Origin: Anolis carolinensis
Taxonomy: Eukaryota
Direction: 5' to 3'
Length of the DNA: 64,000 nucleotides
Assembly (NCBI RefSeq): GCF_035594765.1
Contig: NC_085841.1
Coordinates: forward strand, 15,483,636 to 15,547,635
Positions 62,761 through 64,000 of the stretch are shown piece after piece (position 1 is the first letter of the stretch; every line of letters starts with the position of its first letter). The notes under the pieces were generated by a model. The model did not search any database. It had not been told where the DNA came from and was given only the letters and a program-made list of their open reading frames with translations. The position numbers and the translations under genes are program-made.

Positions 62761-63722
62761 TCCCCCAAAATCCCTTGGGGGAATTATGTCAAGGTCATGT
62801 TGTTTCATTGTAGAAAGATTCAAGGAGATAGGTCTTGTGGTTTTTTCTAAAAAAAAAAAATGTTTGTAAAAACTTAAAATTCCCCCAAAAAATCAGTGGA
62901 AGAGTGAAACGTTCTGAAACTTGGGGATTGGGGGGAGTTAACAATGGTAAATGTGTTGTACAATTGTAGCAAGTTTCATCCTGATAGCTCTAAAAATGAG
63001 GGAGTAAAGAGCCCAAGAAATCCCCTATTTAGTAATGAGTATTGAAACATTTTCTCATTGATTGCACACCCCTAATAGACAAGCATCAGTGTACCATTCT
63101 GAGCCAAGTGCACAAGATTTGCTATTTATTTGGAGTAAACAAGATGCTTAAGCACTGACTGTTCTCTTGAATGCAAAAATAAGATCATTTCCTTGCCAGC
63201 AGAAGGGAACTTGAAGGAAAATTCCAGTTTGTACTTTTAAAATGAGGCTCTCCTAAGATGTATAGGGATCCAGGAGATGAAAGCTCCCTACCTAGCCTCT
63301 TGTTAGGAGTATGGAAGGAAGGATCCTTCTGCCTAAAAGCCTTATTACAAGTCATATTTATTGAGCCTAGTGCATAACACCTTCGATACCACATGTTTCC
63401 ATTAATGTGATTGTGCTGATTTGGCAATTCATGGTCCTGTGATTGTACCCCCACATATTCTCATAACCCCAATTCCTGCACTTTCACAAATACAACTGTA
63501 AAATATAATATAAAACCGATAGCTCTGGAATAGTAAGGGGAGGAAAAACCTACACCTTTACATCACTTTATTGCCAAGCATACCAGCATGGAAACAAAAT
63601 CGACCCATCACACCAAAGTAGGCAATGGGAATATTGCATGACTGCAAGCCATTGATGATTTGTCCATCCACAGTTAGTGGACAATCATGAGGAGATCAGG
63701 AGTGGCATGCCCATGGCATTAT

Positions 63723-64000
63723 TTCCGGCTTGTTCTTCCTGATGACGTGGAGGGGATTCTTGGGTCTGTGAGGGCGACCACTTGCGCTCTGGATCCTTGT
63801 CCTTCTTGGCTGGTTAAACTGGCCAAAGATGGGTTGTTGGAGTGGTTTGTGGCTATAATAAATGCCTCCTTGGGTCAGGGATCATTTCCATCCTGTTTTA
63901 AACAAGTGGTGGTAAAACCGCTACTAAAAAAACCCTCGTTAGACCCATTGGTTTGTGACAATTACAGACCAATCTCCAACCTCCCATTCTTGGGCAAGGT
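63723..64000 (+). mobile_element. 5'-truncated L2 LINE, start of the RT region, running off the window
   Basis: Open frame missing from the ORF track: FRLVLPDDVEGILGSVRATTCALDPCPSWLVK...FPSCFKQVVVKPLLKKPSLDP...NYRPISNLPFLGK. Confidence 0.9.

Noticed and set aside
72-63454. The remaining short ORFs (60-160 aa) in the six-frame track
   Set aside because: They have low-complexity or random composition, often use non-ATG starts, or are antisense or alternative frames of repeats. None resembles a host protein I can recognise.

Overview
This is AT-rich, repeat-dense vertebrate genomic DNA. Its repeat set is typical of a squamate reptile, most likely Anolis: tRNA-headed Anolis SINE2-like copies, Vingi, R4/Dong, CR1, L2, L1/Tx1, RTE/BovB, Penelope, Gypsy-type solo LTRs, hAT/Tc1-mariner/Harbinger MITEs and a Helitron. 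I found no host protein-coding exon, so the window looks like a large intron or intergenic DNA. Every ORF I could recognise comes from a retroelement. Main observations: (1) two independently inserted, related solo LTRs (51597-52488 and 52990-53844) carry an ~86-codon reading frame with many synonymous differences and an invariant RRSLRIAAKQ motif, suggesting a selected peptide encoded inside the LTR; (2) a 5'-truncated R4/Dong copy is joined to a short, possibly inverted piece (57150-57240) that folds like the 5' half of an HDV-like ribozyme; (3) three Penelope terminal repeats carry minimal hammerhead ribozyme motifs, one with an intact core; (4) there is a four-layer transposon nest, a local segmental duplication that can be ordered against CR1 and L1 insertions, a templated-insertion tandem duplication and several fold-back structures. 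Family names come from motif recognition by eye, not database searches, and the boundaries of old elements are approximate.
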